A stretch of 64,000 nucleotides of DNA, taken from the NCBI GenBank assembly GCA_963823665.1, contig CAWGMQ010000008.1, forward strand, positions 1,600,001 to 1,664,000, in the 5' to 3' direction. This document shows, one piece after another, positions 13,250 through 22,497 of the stretch (position 1 is the first letter of the stretch; each line of letters starts with the position of its first letter). The stretch is from an uncultured Planctomycetota bacterium. Its GTDB lineage: Bacteria > Planctomycetota > Planctomycetia > Isosphaerales > Isosphaeraceae. The translations under genes and the position numbers were made by a program. The notes under the pieces were generated by a model. It was not told the DNA's origin. It saw nothing but the letters and a program-made list of their open reading frames with translations, and did not search any database.

Positions 13250-14098
13250 TCATTCTGGGGCTTTGCGCATCGGATCGAAGTGCTTGACGAGCGTCACTTC
13301 GTTGCCAAGCTTGTTGTAGCGAAATTCGTCGACGAGGCCGCGAGCGAGCATGATTCCGAAGCCTCCTTCGCGGAGGCCGAGCTCGTTGCGGATCTCGATA
13401 TGGCCGATCGGGTCTTCGTCGGAGGCGGCGTGCGGTAGATTGCGCGGGTTAAAGCCCGGGCCCTGGTCGGTGATGATCAGGGTGATCGACGATGGGTTGA
13501 TGCGATAGGTGATTCGTAGCACGAGATCGGTGTTCTTGCGGTGGCCCCACTCGATGGCGTTTCCGCCCATCTCCATGATGGCTTGTTTCAGGTCCTTGAT
13601 GTGGCGGTCGGTCAAGGGCGTGTGGGCGAACAGGTCGGCCAGCATGTCGCTGGCCTCGGAAAGGTACCTCAGCTCGCTGCGCACGTCGAAATTGATCTCG
13701 CCGGTCGTGCCGCGTTTGTTATGTTCTTCGTTCCAGGCAAGCGCGGCATCCATGGTCTCGTAGAGCTGGGCGGGGGTGAACGGCTTGGTCAAATAGCCGT
13801 TGGCGCCGACCCGCACTCCGGCCGCGCGGTGATGGGCGTCGTGCGTGGCGGTGACCATCACGATGGGAATGAGGTTGGTCTCGCGAGCACGTTTGAGCCG
13901 GTCGCAGAGCTCGAACCCGCTCAAGTCCTCGAGCATCAAGTCCATGAGAATCAGATCGGGTTTCTGCTCGGCGACGGCCTTGAGAGCTTCCGCACCCGTG
14001 AAAACCTGGATCGGTTGGAAATTACGCGCCTGCACCAGACCGGCCAGAATGTCGTTGGTGTCGCGCTCATCTTCGACGACCAGAACGGTGCGCGGCAT
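13250..14098 (-). CDS. Response regulator receiver fused to RsbW-like anti-sigma/HATPase domain
   Basis: VLVVEDE, DLILMD, YLTKPF; then EMGGNAIEWG, ITDQGPGF, GGFGIML..GLVDE..YN..GNEVTL. Confidence 0.85.
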   Translation of the reverse strand: MPRTVLVVEDERDTNDILAGLVQARNFQPIQVFTGAEALKAVAEQKPDLILMDLMLEDLSGFELCDRLKRARETNLIPIVMVTATHDAHHRAAGVRVGANGYLTKPFTPAQLYETMDAALAWNEEHNKRGTTGEINFDVRSELRYLSEASDMLADLFAHTPLTDRHIKDLKQAIMEMGGNAIEWGHRKNTDLVLRITYRINPSSITLIITDQGPGFNPRNLPHAASDEDPIGHIEIRNELGLREGGFGIMLARGLVDEFRYNKLGNEVTLVKHFDPMRKAPE

Positions 14099-14445
14099 GG
14101 GCAAAAACTCTAAGAGCCTACGGGAATCCGACGATGCTGCGGTGCGTGAGGCGATCGCCAGAACAGTTCAATGCATTCTCGCGCCGAGCGAAGCGTGGCA
14201 AGGCTTTACACGAGCGGAGTGCCGCATCACCCTCGCGGCGGCAACTCGTCAGAAACGTTTGATGGATAACGCGAGGGCGCCTGCAGAGCAGCACAGCCCT
14301 TGCCCTGGCGAGCACACCCCGGCACAATAAACTAGAACATCAGCGAGCTTTGGAGCCCCGCGCGGCCGAATGGGCGTGTTGTCCTTCCGCGGCTTGTCTC
14401 TGAGCTCCTCCCTCCTTCGCCGACAGCTTTGGGGAACTTCCTGCC

Positions 14446-15075
14446 ATGATGGTCACAAGGATAATTGACGCATTCGGTTACGTCATTTACGCTGCGCTTG
14501 CAGGCCTGGCCGTGTGGGGTGTGTATAACGGCATCCTCCTGTACCGGACGTTGATGAAAAAAACGATTCACGAGCCGGAGCAATTCATCGACCAGCTTCG
14601 CGATCTGTGCGGGGCGAAGCGTTATGACCAGGCGCTGAACCTGTGCCAGAGCCCGCCGCAGTGGCACACGGCGCTCGCGCAGCTCGTTGCGGTTGCGTTG
14701 CGAAATCGGGGCAGGGGGCTGGCCAAGATCAAGCAGTTGGTGGTGACGGAATTTCACGCCGAAGTCATTGCGGGGATGGAAAATCGCCTTGGCTCCATCT
14801 CGACGATCGTGCGGATGGGCCCGCTTCTGGGGCTGGTCGGCACGGTGGCCAGCATGATCGCGGCCTTCGGCCGCATCGGTGGTTCCGAGAAGGCAGATCC
14901 GCATGCCCTGGCTACTGACATCAGTCTGGCGCTCTGGGCCACGGGCGCGGGGCTCCTGATCGCCAATCCGATGATGCTTATTGGGAACGATGTGCACGCA
15001 AAGCTGCGTCGGCTGCGCGACCGGACCGAGCGGCAGCTTTCGGACGTGTTTGAATTCGTGGAACCCAAGAAATAG
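14446..15075 (+). CDS. MotA/TolQ/ExbB proton channel protein
   Basis: GPLLGLVGTV, ISLALWATGAGLLIA. Confidence 0.9.
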   Translation: MMVTRIIDAFGYVIYAALAGLAVWGVYNGILLYRTLMKKTIHEPEQFIDQLRDLCGAKRYDQALNLCQSPPQWHTALAQLVAVALRNRGRGLAKIKQLVVTEFHAEVIAGMENRLGSISTIVRMGPLLGLVGTVASMIAAFGRIGGSEKADPHALATDISLALWATGAGLLIANPMMLIGNDVHAKLRRLRDRTERQLSDVFEFVEPKK

Positions 15076-15090
15076 GGGCTTGCGACTGAG

Positions 15091-15525
15091 ATGCTATTTC
15101 GCCGCGAGGACAACGAGGACCGGAACGAACACATCGACATGACTCCGATGGTGGACGTCGTATTTCAATTGATGACGTTCATGTTGTTTTCGGTGCAGAT
15201 GACCGGTGGAGAGAAGGTGGATGTGCCGCCGGCACGGCATGGTATCGGTGTCGAGGAGACGGCCGCGACGTTTCTGAGCATGACCAAGCCGTCCGGCCCG
15301 GGGAATGAGACGAAGCTCTTGCTGGGTATCGGCGAAGGGCCGACTGTCACGCTCGAGCAGGCGAGGAAGGCGGTAGCCGACGGAGTGAAGGACGGTCGCG
15401 CGAAAGTGGTAATCCAGGCCGACGGCGACGTTCCGCACGGTGAGATTGTCAAGGTTGTCGGTGCTGTGGGGCAAGTTGAAGGGGTCACGGTTCACCTGGG
15501 CGTTCAAGAGCCGCGCGGCCGATAA
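15091..15525 (+). CDS. ExbD/TolR biopolymer transport protein
   Basis: IDMTPMVDVVFQLMTF, VIQADGDV. Confidence 0.9.
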   Translation: MLFRREDNEDRNEHIDMTPMVDVVFQLMTFMLFSVQMTGGEKVDVPPARHGIGVEETAATFLSMTKPSGPGNETKLLLGIGEGPTVTLEQARKAVADGVKDGRAKVVIQADGDVPHGEIVKVVGAVGQVEGVTVHLGVQEPRGR

Positions 15526-15574
15526 GAAAGAGCGCGCGGCCCGGTTTTGATCGACACAATTCTCGGAGGGCCCA

Positions 15575-16789
15575 TTGGCGAACTGGGATGTCTTCCACGC
15601 AGACCGCCTCGAGCTTGAGCGCGGTCTCGAGCCGGCGGCCATACGCCGGGCTTTTGAGAGCGGCAAGCTACGCGATGACGATCTGGTGCGCCCTGCGGGC
15701 ACGACCGTGGCCTGGTCACGTCTGGCAGACATGCCGGAGCTGACCCGGGCCGCACCGGCTTCAGTCGAGGTTGCGCAGAGCACGCCTGTCTCGAATCAGG
15801 CCCCCGTTCCACAAGCCGCGGCTGCCTCGCCGCCGCTCTCCGATTACGAGGTCGAATCGGATGATTTCGGACCGGAGCTCGCCGATTCTCCGGCCACCTT
15901 GCGCGCACCGGACTTCGTTCAACTTGGGGCGGAATCGGATGTGGCTTTCCCCGTGATCAACGATCAGCCGCGCGCAGCAGAACCTTCGGCCCGCGCCTCC
16001 AAAGACGCCGGGCCGGACGCTCCGGGCGGATGGCTCTGGGCGGAAGAGGTCGAAGAAGATGATTACGACTTCAAGGAAGAGAACAAGCCGGCGGCCGTAC
16101 CAGCAGCGGCTGCCGGCGGGCTTGAGATACTCGAGGACGAATCCCTGGACGCCGTGCCGGTTGATGATGCGGACGAGGACGAGGGCGTCAACCTCGGCGA
16201 ACAACCCAGCCGAGTGGCTCTGCCGGTCATCGATTCACGAGGTTGGGACGACATTCCGGACGGACCCGAAGAAGAGGAGGAGGGCGACCTCTCGCTTTCG
16301 CGAAGCGGGCCGGCGACCGTCGAAGAGCTGGACCTAGCTCCGATGGTCGACGTGGCGTTTCAGCTCGTGTTGTTCTTCATGGTCACGGCGACAACCGTCC
16401 TTTACAAAACACTCGAGATCCCCAAGCCGTCGCAGGAGCAGGCGCCCACGTCCGTGGCCCAGGGAAGGTCGCTTGAAGACCTTCAGGACGACAATGTGCT
16501 GGTCGAGGTCGACTCAACAGGCGGCGTGAAGATCGATCGCGAGCCGGTGCGCAACACCATGGAAGCGATTGTCGAGCAGTTGCGCACAGCGCGTGAGAAG
16601 ACCGGCCGTAAGACGATGCTGCTCTCGGCCGACTACGCCACGAAACACCGGCACTGCGTGCTGGTGATCGATGCGGCCCACGAGATCGGGATGAACATCG
16701 TGATCGCCAAGCCAGCGGCTCCGCAGGCAGCGGCGCCGAGTATGTTGTCGGCACCGGCCGCACCGGCCGCACCTACGGCTCCGCCGTGA
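15575..16789 (+). CDS. ExbD/TolR protein with GYF-like N-terminal domain and long acidic linker
   Basis: G.LRDDDLVR..G...W..L..MPEL at the N-terminus; LDLAPMVDVAFQLVLFFMV at ~aa 250. Confidence 0.8.
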   Translation: MANWDVFHADRLELERGLEPAAIRRAFESGKLRDDDLVRPAGTTVAWSRLADMPELTRAAPASVEVAQSTPVSNQAPVPQAAAASPPLSDYEVESDDFGPELADSPATLRAPDFVQLGAESDVAFPVINDQPRAAEPSARASKDAGPDAPGGWLWAEEVEEDDYDFKEENKPAAVPAAAAGGLEILEDESLDAVPVDDADEDEGVNLGEQPSRVALPVIDSRGWDDIPDGPEEEEEGDLSLSRSGPATVEELDLAPMVDVAFQLVLFFMVTATTVLYKTLEIPKPSQEQAPTSVAQGRSLEDLQDDNVLVEVDSTGGVKIDREPVRNTMEAIVEQLRTAREKTGRKTMLLSADYATKHRHCVLVIDAAHEIGMNIVIAKPAAPQAAAPSMLSAPAAPAAPTAPP

Positions 16790-16809
16790 GACGAAAGTCG
16801 AGGTAGGGA

Positions 16810-17943
16810 TTGCGGCGCGTCCTGGGGGGGGTGCTGACGGCGGCTGGAATTGCGGCGATCCTGGGAATCTCGGCGCTGGCGATCTTCTTCCTTCAGCCAT
16901 ACGGCGAGCGGCAATGGATCTCGCTCGCGCTAGCCGCAATGATGGTGGGCTTGATCGTGGCCCTCAGGCGCAAGCGCACCGAGTCGATTTCGACTGTTCC
17001 CCGAGCGGTCCCGAGCGCTGCTCGATTTTTGCGGCTGGCGGAAATGGTGCTGTTCGGCGTGCTCGGCGGCTGGCTGGCGCTCATCGGCTGGTCTGCCTTG
17101 AGCCCAGGCGGAACAGTGCCTCAGGCGAAGTCGCAACCAGAGATCATCCGCGTCGTCACCTGGAATATCCTCCACGGAACGGAGAATGGTACGCCCTGGA
17201 GCCGTTTCGGCTGGCCGGTGCGGAAGCGTGCGCTCGAGCAGGCGCTGCTGGCGACGGCGCCGGAGATCCTCTGCGTGCAGGAGGCACTTGACGACCAGGT
17301 GAGCGGACTGGCGAATCTTCTTCCGGGATATGGCCGCGTGGGGGTTGGGCGCGATGATGGACGCTCTGCCGGCGAGTTCTGCGCGGTGTTTTTCGATCGC
17401 GGGCGATTTGAAGAGCTTGACGGTGGGACATTCTGGCTTGAAGAGCCGACGGCCGCGCCACCCCGGCATACGTATCTGGGGCCGAAGCGCATCTGCACGT
17501 GGGTACGGTTGCGAGACCGGCGGAGCGGGGGCACATTCCGCGTTTACAACTTGCATTCGTACCTGACGGAGGGGGCGCGTCTGGCGGCGGCGCGGATCAT
17601 TCTGGGGCGGATCGCGCAGGGAGGTCCTGCTGATGGCGTGCTGGTCACGGGTGATTTCAATGCGGTTCCAGGATCACCCGACCGTCTGATCTTTGAGGAC
17701 GCGGGACTGGAATCGAGTGATGCGCTCGTGGGTGGTGTGACGGGCGCTGCGACGTATCAGTTTTACGGCATACGTCTGAAGAGTCTGGACGACGTGCTCG
17801 TGAATCGAGGCTGGCGCGTTCTTGCGCGTCGGGTGCTGGATATGAAGCCGGGGAATGCGTTTCCCTCGGATCATTTTGGGGTGATGGTGGATCTCGTTTT
17901 GCAGAAGGATCGATCGCAGGTGCGCCGCGAATCGACGGAATAG
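16810..17943 (+). CDS. Endonuclease/exonuclease/phosphatase family protein with N-terminal TM segments
   Basis: VTWNI, LCVQE, GRDDG, YNLH, TGDFN, PSDH. Confidence 0.9.
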   Translation: MRRVLGGVLTAAGIAAILGISALAIFFLQPYGERQWISLALAAMMVGLIVALRRKRTESISTVPRAVPSAARFLRLAEMVLFGVLGGWLALIGWSALSPGGTVPQAKSQPEIIRVVTWNILHGTENGTPWSRFGWPVRKRALEQALLATAPEILCVQEALDDQVSGLANLLPGYGRVGVGRDDGRSAGEFCAVFFDRGRFEELDGGTFWLEEPTAAPPRHTYLGPKRICTWVRLRDRRSGGTFRVYNLHSYLTEGARLAAARIILGRIAQGGPADGVLVTGDFNAVPGSPDRLIFEDAGLESSDALVGGVTGAATYQFYGIRLKSLDDVLVNRGWRVLARRVLDMKPGNAFPSDHFGVMVDLVLQKDRSQVRRESTE

Positions 17944-18044
17944 AGAATGTGGCGGACGGGCTTGCTTCGGCGGTAGGCTATTTGTAATGCCGCAGGTTTC
18001 ATTTCACTGGCCGATGTCGTTCCATTATCTCCCGGAGGATTCGG

Positions 18045-18839
18045 ATGACTCAGCCTGCATCACAACCCGATGGTTCGCCTCCTGTAAGCCGCCGCGACCT
18101 TTTGCGCCTCGGGGCGGCTTCGTTGGGAGCCCCGTTGCTGGCTACTCCGACGGCGTCTCCAGCGTCGGCCGATCGGCCCGCTGCCGAGGCGACTGGCCTG
18201 CCCGACTTCCCCGCGTGGGAGGCCTTTCCCCTATGGGAAGGCGAGGACTATCCCGAGCATCCCGACCTCCGTGCCAGGACGGTCAACAACCTCAAGTTCA
18301 TGGGCGTGGCCATGCACAATTTCGCGGCGATGTACGGCGGGCGGTTCCCGGCGGCCGCGATTCGCAAGGGTGGCCAGGCGATCCTGAGCTGGCGCGTGGC
18401 GATTCTGCCGTATCTCGAACAGTTCGCGCTTTACGAGAGGTTTCATCTCGACGAGGCCTGGGACAGCTCGCACAACGCGTCGCTGCTGAATGAGATGCCG
18501 CGTGTCTATGCGCCGGTCGGCCGAGAGGAAACGCCGGGCTACCACACGCACTACCAGTGGATCGTGGGTCCGGGATCGCTTCTGAACGGGGACGAAGGCA
18601 CGAGGGTAGACGTGAACATCTTTGGAAGGCCTACCCTGATGATCGTCGAGGCGGCCGATGCCGTCCCATGGACGAAGCCCGCGGACTTGCCCTACGACGC
18701 TGGGAAGCCGTTGCCAAGACTCGGAGGGCCGTTTGAGAACGGCTCGTATGCGACCTTCGGCGATGGGTCGGTACGGTTCCTCGGCAGGGAGCTTTCTGCC
18801 GAAATGGTGCGAGGCCTGATCACGGGGCGTCGGGCGTAA
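18045..18839 (+). CDS. DUF1559-domain protein with Tat signal peptide
   Basis: SRRDLL twin-arginine motif; NNLKFMGVAMHNF, SWRVAILPYLEQ..LY..F..DEAWDS, FGDGSV. Confidence 0.8.
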   Translation: MTQPASQPDGSPPVSRRDLLRLGAASLGAPLLATPTASPASADRPAAEATGLPDFPAWEAFPLWEGEDYPEHPDLRARTVNNLKFMGVAMHNFAAMYGGRFPAAAIRKGGQAILSWRVAILPYLEQFALYERFHLDEAWDSSHNASLLNEMPRVYAPVGREETPGYHTHYQWIVGPGSLLNGDEGTRVDVNIFGRPTLMIVEAADAVPWTKPADLPYDAGKPLPRLGGPFENGSYATFGDGSVRFLGRELSAEMVRGLITGRRA

Positions 18840-18905
18840 GGTCGTAAAGGTCGAACAGGATGAAGTGATCCGTTACTTTTTCCCTGGCATCGGGCCGCTT
18901 GCATC

Positions 18906-18934
18906 TTGGCCGGTGGGATGCCGGCCGCTACAAT
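18906..18934 (+). promoter_or_regulatory. Candidate sigma70 promoter for tRNA-Gly
   Basis: TTGGCC-N17-TACAAT about 90 nt upstream of the tRNA. Confidence 0.5.
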
Positions 18935-19027
18935 CGTCTGCAGGGCTGAATACGTCGACACGAGTGCGACGAACCGGTAAACAGGCAAACAAATCGCTCG
19001 ACGTACTTTCTTACTGCAGCGAAACTT

Positions 19028-19099
<72 letters not shown>

Positions 19100-19489
19100 T
19101 TGAAACGCGAAACCGTTTTCCGAGGGCTCTTGCGCTGGGAGGTCGATCGTTGCGGTTCAGGTCTCTGTGCGCTTAGAAACCGCTAGCTTCCGGGGCGATT
19201 ACTGGGATGGCGTTCGTGGCGTCATTCGCGGTGAGCGGGAGCTTGTGCCGTTTTCGGGCAACTCGGTCCCGATGGCCTTAACCCCCTTCGTAGTCTGCGA
19301 TTGTCCACGGCGAGATGGACATTTCGGCGGGGGCGATCTCGTACAGATGGTGGTGGCGAAATCACGCTGTCAGAACGCATGGCTCCGCGCGTCGTCGGAT
19401 CGGGCGAGCTTGCGACTCGCGTCGCGAATACCGAAGGTTATACTGGAGTGAGTGCGAAGTCCGTTGCGTAATACTGAGCGGAAGCTCTC

Positions 19490-20254
19490 ATGGCTCGACA
19501 TCAGTACAAAAGACCTCCCGTGGCGGAGGCCATATGCCAGATTCAACTGCCTCCCATTGCGGGGTCGAGCGCCGCTGAGCTGGCGCGCCTAATTGAGAGC
19601 ATTTCCGCGATGTATCCCGGACAATCGACTGAGCGGATTGAAGTGAAGGCGGATTGGGCGGGCGGAGTCTCCGCGGACGGAAGTCCCGAAGTACAATCGA
19701 CATATAAGATTGTTCGGAAAACTCTGTTCCCGTCTGAGCATGGCACAAGGTTCGTGGCCGTCAGCGCGAATGAGGTTAGTATCCACACGTTGAGTCCTTA
19801 TGACGGCTGGGGGCCGTTCCGCGAGAGGATTGCGCAAGTTCTTACCGCCTGCGGGAGAGCGCAGACTCTTCGGCCTGCTCTCCGCGTCGCGGTGCGTTAC
19901 ATCAATCGGGTGGCCTTTCCAGGGTATAATATTCCTTTGAGCGCTTACTTCACGAAGGCGCCGGAATACCCGGATGAGGTCCCGGTGCAGGGAATGCAGA
20001 GGTTCTTGAGTAGGGTTGAGTGTCTGTACGCAGATCCGTCGATTAGCCTGACGATAGTCATGGCGGACATCGAGCCGAAGGGGATTCAGTTCCCTTCCTT
20101 CATTCTTGATCTTGAGGTCGCGTGGGCGAACTCGACCGGAACCCTGGCCATCTCTGCAGCCCTTCCGTTGATCGAGGACTTGAAGGAAAGGCTTTCGGTT
20201 GCATTTGAGAACTGCGTCACCGAGGAAGCGCGGAGGGAGTTCGATGTCGAGTAA
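19490..20254 (+). CDS. TIGR04255 family protein
   Basis: Y..PPVAEAICQI, PYDGWGPF, RVAVRYINR, FILDLEV, terminal FE..VTEEAR..F. Confidence 0.8.
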   Translation: MARHQYKRPPVAEAICQIQLPPIAGSSAAELARLIESISAMYPGQSTERIEVKADWAGGVSADGSPEVQSTYKIVRKTLFPSEHGTRFVAVSANEVSIHTLSPYDGWGPFRERIAQVLTACGRAQTLRPALRVAVRYINRVAFPGYNIPLSAYFTKAPEYPDEVPVQGMQRFLSRVECLYADPSISLTIVMADIEPKGIQFPSFILDLEVAWANSTGTLAISAALPLIEDLKERLSVAFENCVTEEARREFDVE

Positions 20255-20639
20255 GTTGGTGATCGGGTGCCCACAGGATGGGGGATTGTCGCCCGGTGAG
20301 AGTCTTGCGATCGCGGGTCGGACTTCCAAGGATGGTCCTGGCGGATCGCCAACGCTTTCAGAGTCCATCGATGCGCGCCTACGATTGCTCAGCGCCAGAG
20401 TGATGGATGATATTAACCGCGCCACCGAAGGGGCGTGGGACCGGTTAAACCGGCGTCGGCTGAAGTTGATCGATAAGGACATGGAGCATGGATTGTCAGC
20501 GGTGGAAAAGGCGGAACTCGACGAGCTCGAAAAGGAGGCCGAAGACTACGTAAATAGAGTAGCTCCGCTGCCTTTCGGGATGCTCGAGAAGCTTAAAGAA
20601 TGTGCGGCCAAGGACGGGTTTATCATCAGCTTGGATTAA
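20244..20639 (+). CDS. Small helical hypothetical protein
   Basis: ATG overlaps the upstream stop region; WDRLNRRRLKLIDK...LSAVEKAELDELE. Confidence 0.65.
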   Translation: MSSKLVIGCPQDGGLSPGESLAIAGRTSKDGPGGSPTLSESIDARLRLLSARVMDDINRATEGAWDRLNRRRLKLIDKDMEHGLSAVEKAELDELEKEAEDYVNRVAPLPFGMLEKLKECAAKDGFIISLD

Positions 20640-20659
20640 AGGGGTTCAGTGGGATCGTG

Positions 20660-21268
20660 ATGTGTTACGACTATCCGTCGGTGCCGCACGAGCGAATCCA
20701 TGGACCCGCGGGCTATACGGACTATAAAAGCTACAAGGAATGGCTAAGGGACGAGTTTGAATTTCGCTGTGTCTACTGTCTGACCCGGGAGACCTGGAAC
20801 CCAGCCGGCGCTGAAGTGTTCGGTGTGGACCATATACTCCACAAGGCAGTGCATAAGGAGATCGCATGTGATTATACGAACCTTGTGTATTGTTGCAATC
20901 GTTGCAACACGCGCAAGTCGACGGGCGTGCTTCTTGATCCCTGCCGCGAAGCGTATGGCGTGCACTTGTTTGTTGAGCGAAGTGGAGAGGTCAGACCTCG
21001 AACGGCTGATGGGGAGTTGATCGTCAAAAAGCTTGGCTTGAATAAGCCGGAGCCGATGAGGTTCCGCCGAGGTTTGATTCGACTAATCGCGATTGCACTA
21101 GAACAGCCAAACGGAGAAACCGCGAAGGCAATTCGAGAATGGATGGGCTATCCTGCAATCCTGCCGGATCTAAGCAAGTTGTCCGTTCCGCAAAACCTCA
21201 AGCCCGAGGGGATCACGAGAAGCCATTTCGAGCGGAGAGCGAGAGGCGATCTGCCCGAGATCTATTAG
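20660..21268 (+). CDS. HNH endonuclease
   Basis: LRDEFEFRCVYC ... VDHI ... NLVYCCNRCNTRK (Zn-binding HNH). Confidence 0.9.
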   Translation: MCYDYPSVPHERIHGPAGYTDYKSYKEWLRDEFEFRCVYCLTRETWNPAGAEVFGVDHILHKAVHKEIACDYTNLVYCCNRCNTRKSTGVLLDPCREAYGVHLFVERSGEVRPRTADGELIVKKLGLNKPEPMRFRRGLIRLIAIALEQPNGETAKAIREWMGYPAILPDLSKLSVPQNLKPEGITRSHFERRARGDLPEIY

Positions 21269-21635
21269 GCGGGTGCTGGTTCTCAGCGCTACGGACCTGC
21301 GAGATTGGTTTGCCACGGATCGGGCTCGATCGCAATCGCACGGGCATCGGAGCACTGGCAAAGCCAGTGCCACCCGATGGAGGTGGCTGCGACCATCGGC
21401 AACCTTGGCACGCAGGCTCCGTACTTTCGCGGACCGAAAGACGCCGATCAAAAAGGGAGTCCCATGCGACGTGGGCGCGAGACATCTAAAAGCCCGCAAT
21501 TCTTGCGGTGCGCTCCAGCTCACCTTATCGCTGGCGATTGCAGACAGGTAACGCATTTTTGCGAGATGGCGAGACGACGGTAGGATGCGCTCCTATGTGA
21601 TCTCACGATGAGGCCGACTTCATGATGATCGACTC

Positions 21636-22492
21636 ATGACAATTGCCGCCCTGGGACTCATTCTCATCGCGGCCGTGCTTCACGCTCTCTGGAACCTGAT
21701 CGCCAAACAGGCGGGAGGGGGGCCGGCGTTCGTGTGGCTGTATGGCACGACCTCGGCTCTTTTGCTTTCGCCGCTGGCGGGGGCCCTGATTTTCAGTCAG
21801 CATCCCCAGCTCTCGTTCGTGGGATTGTCATTCACTTTCACCAGCGCATTACTCCACGCCGGTTATTTCGTCGTGCTGCAGGAAGCTTACCGGGAAGGTG
21901 AGCTATCCGTGGTTTACCCGGTTGCACGCGGTACCGGACCGGTCTTGAGCACGGCGGCGGCGATTGCCGTGCTGGGGGAGCGCCCTTCCGCGCTGGCACT
22001 CTGCGGGGCGGTGCTTGTCGCGCTCTCGGTTTTTACGCTGGCCAGGCCGGCTCGCGCTTCGGCTGCCGACGTCAAACGCGCCATCGCGCTGGGACTCATC
22101 ACCGGTGTATTGATCGCCGGCTACACGCTCTGCGACAAACAGGCGGTCGGACCTTTTGGCGTGCCGCCGCTGCTCCAGCAGTGGGGGGCCAGCGTGGGGA
22201 TGTCGGTTGTGCTCGCGCCGGCCGCTCTGCGCCGTGCGCCGAGATTCGGCATCACTTGCGGCAGGACGGCAAGGCGATCCTGGCGATCGGGGTGCTGGTG
22301 CCGGCGGCGTATATTCTCGTGCTCACCGCGATGAGCTTCACCCTGGTCAGCTACATTGCTCCGGCCCGCGAAGTCAGCATCTTGATCGGTACGGTCATGG
22401 GGACGCACCTGCTCTCGGAAGGGCAGGCCGGCAAACGCATCGCGGCGGCTGTTGTGATGATGGTTGGGCTGGCGGCGCTGGCGTTGGGGTGA
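21636..22492 (+). CDS. EamA/DMT family transporter; apparent frameshift near 22237
   Basis: HALWNLIAK, YREGELSVVYPVARGTGP; continues in ORF 22181..22492 (YIAPAREVSILIG). Confidence 0.88.
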
Positions 22493-22497
22493 GCTGA

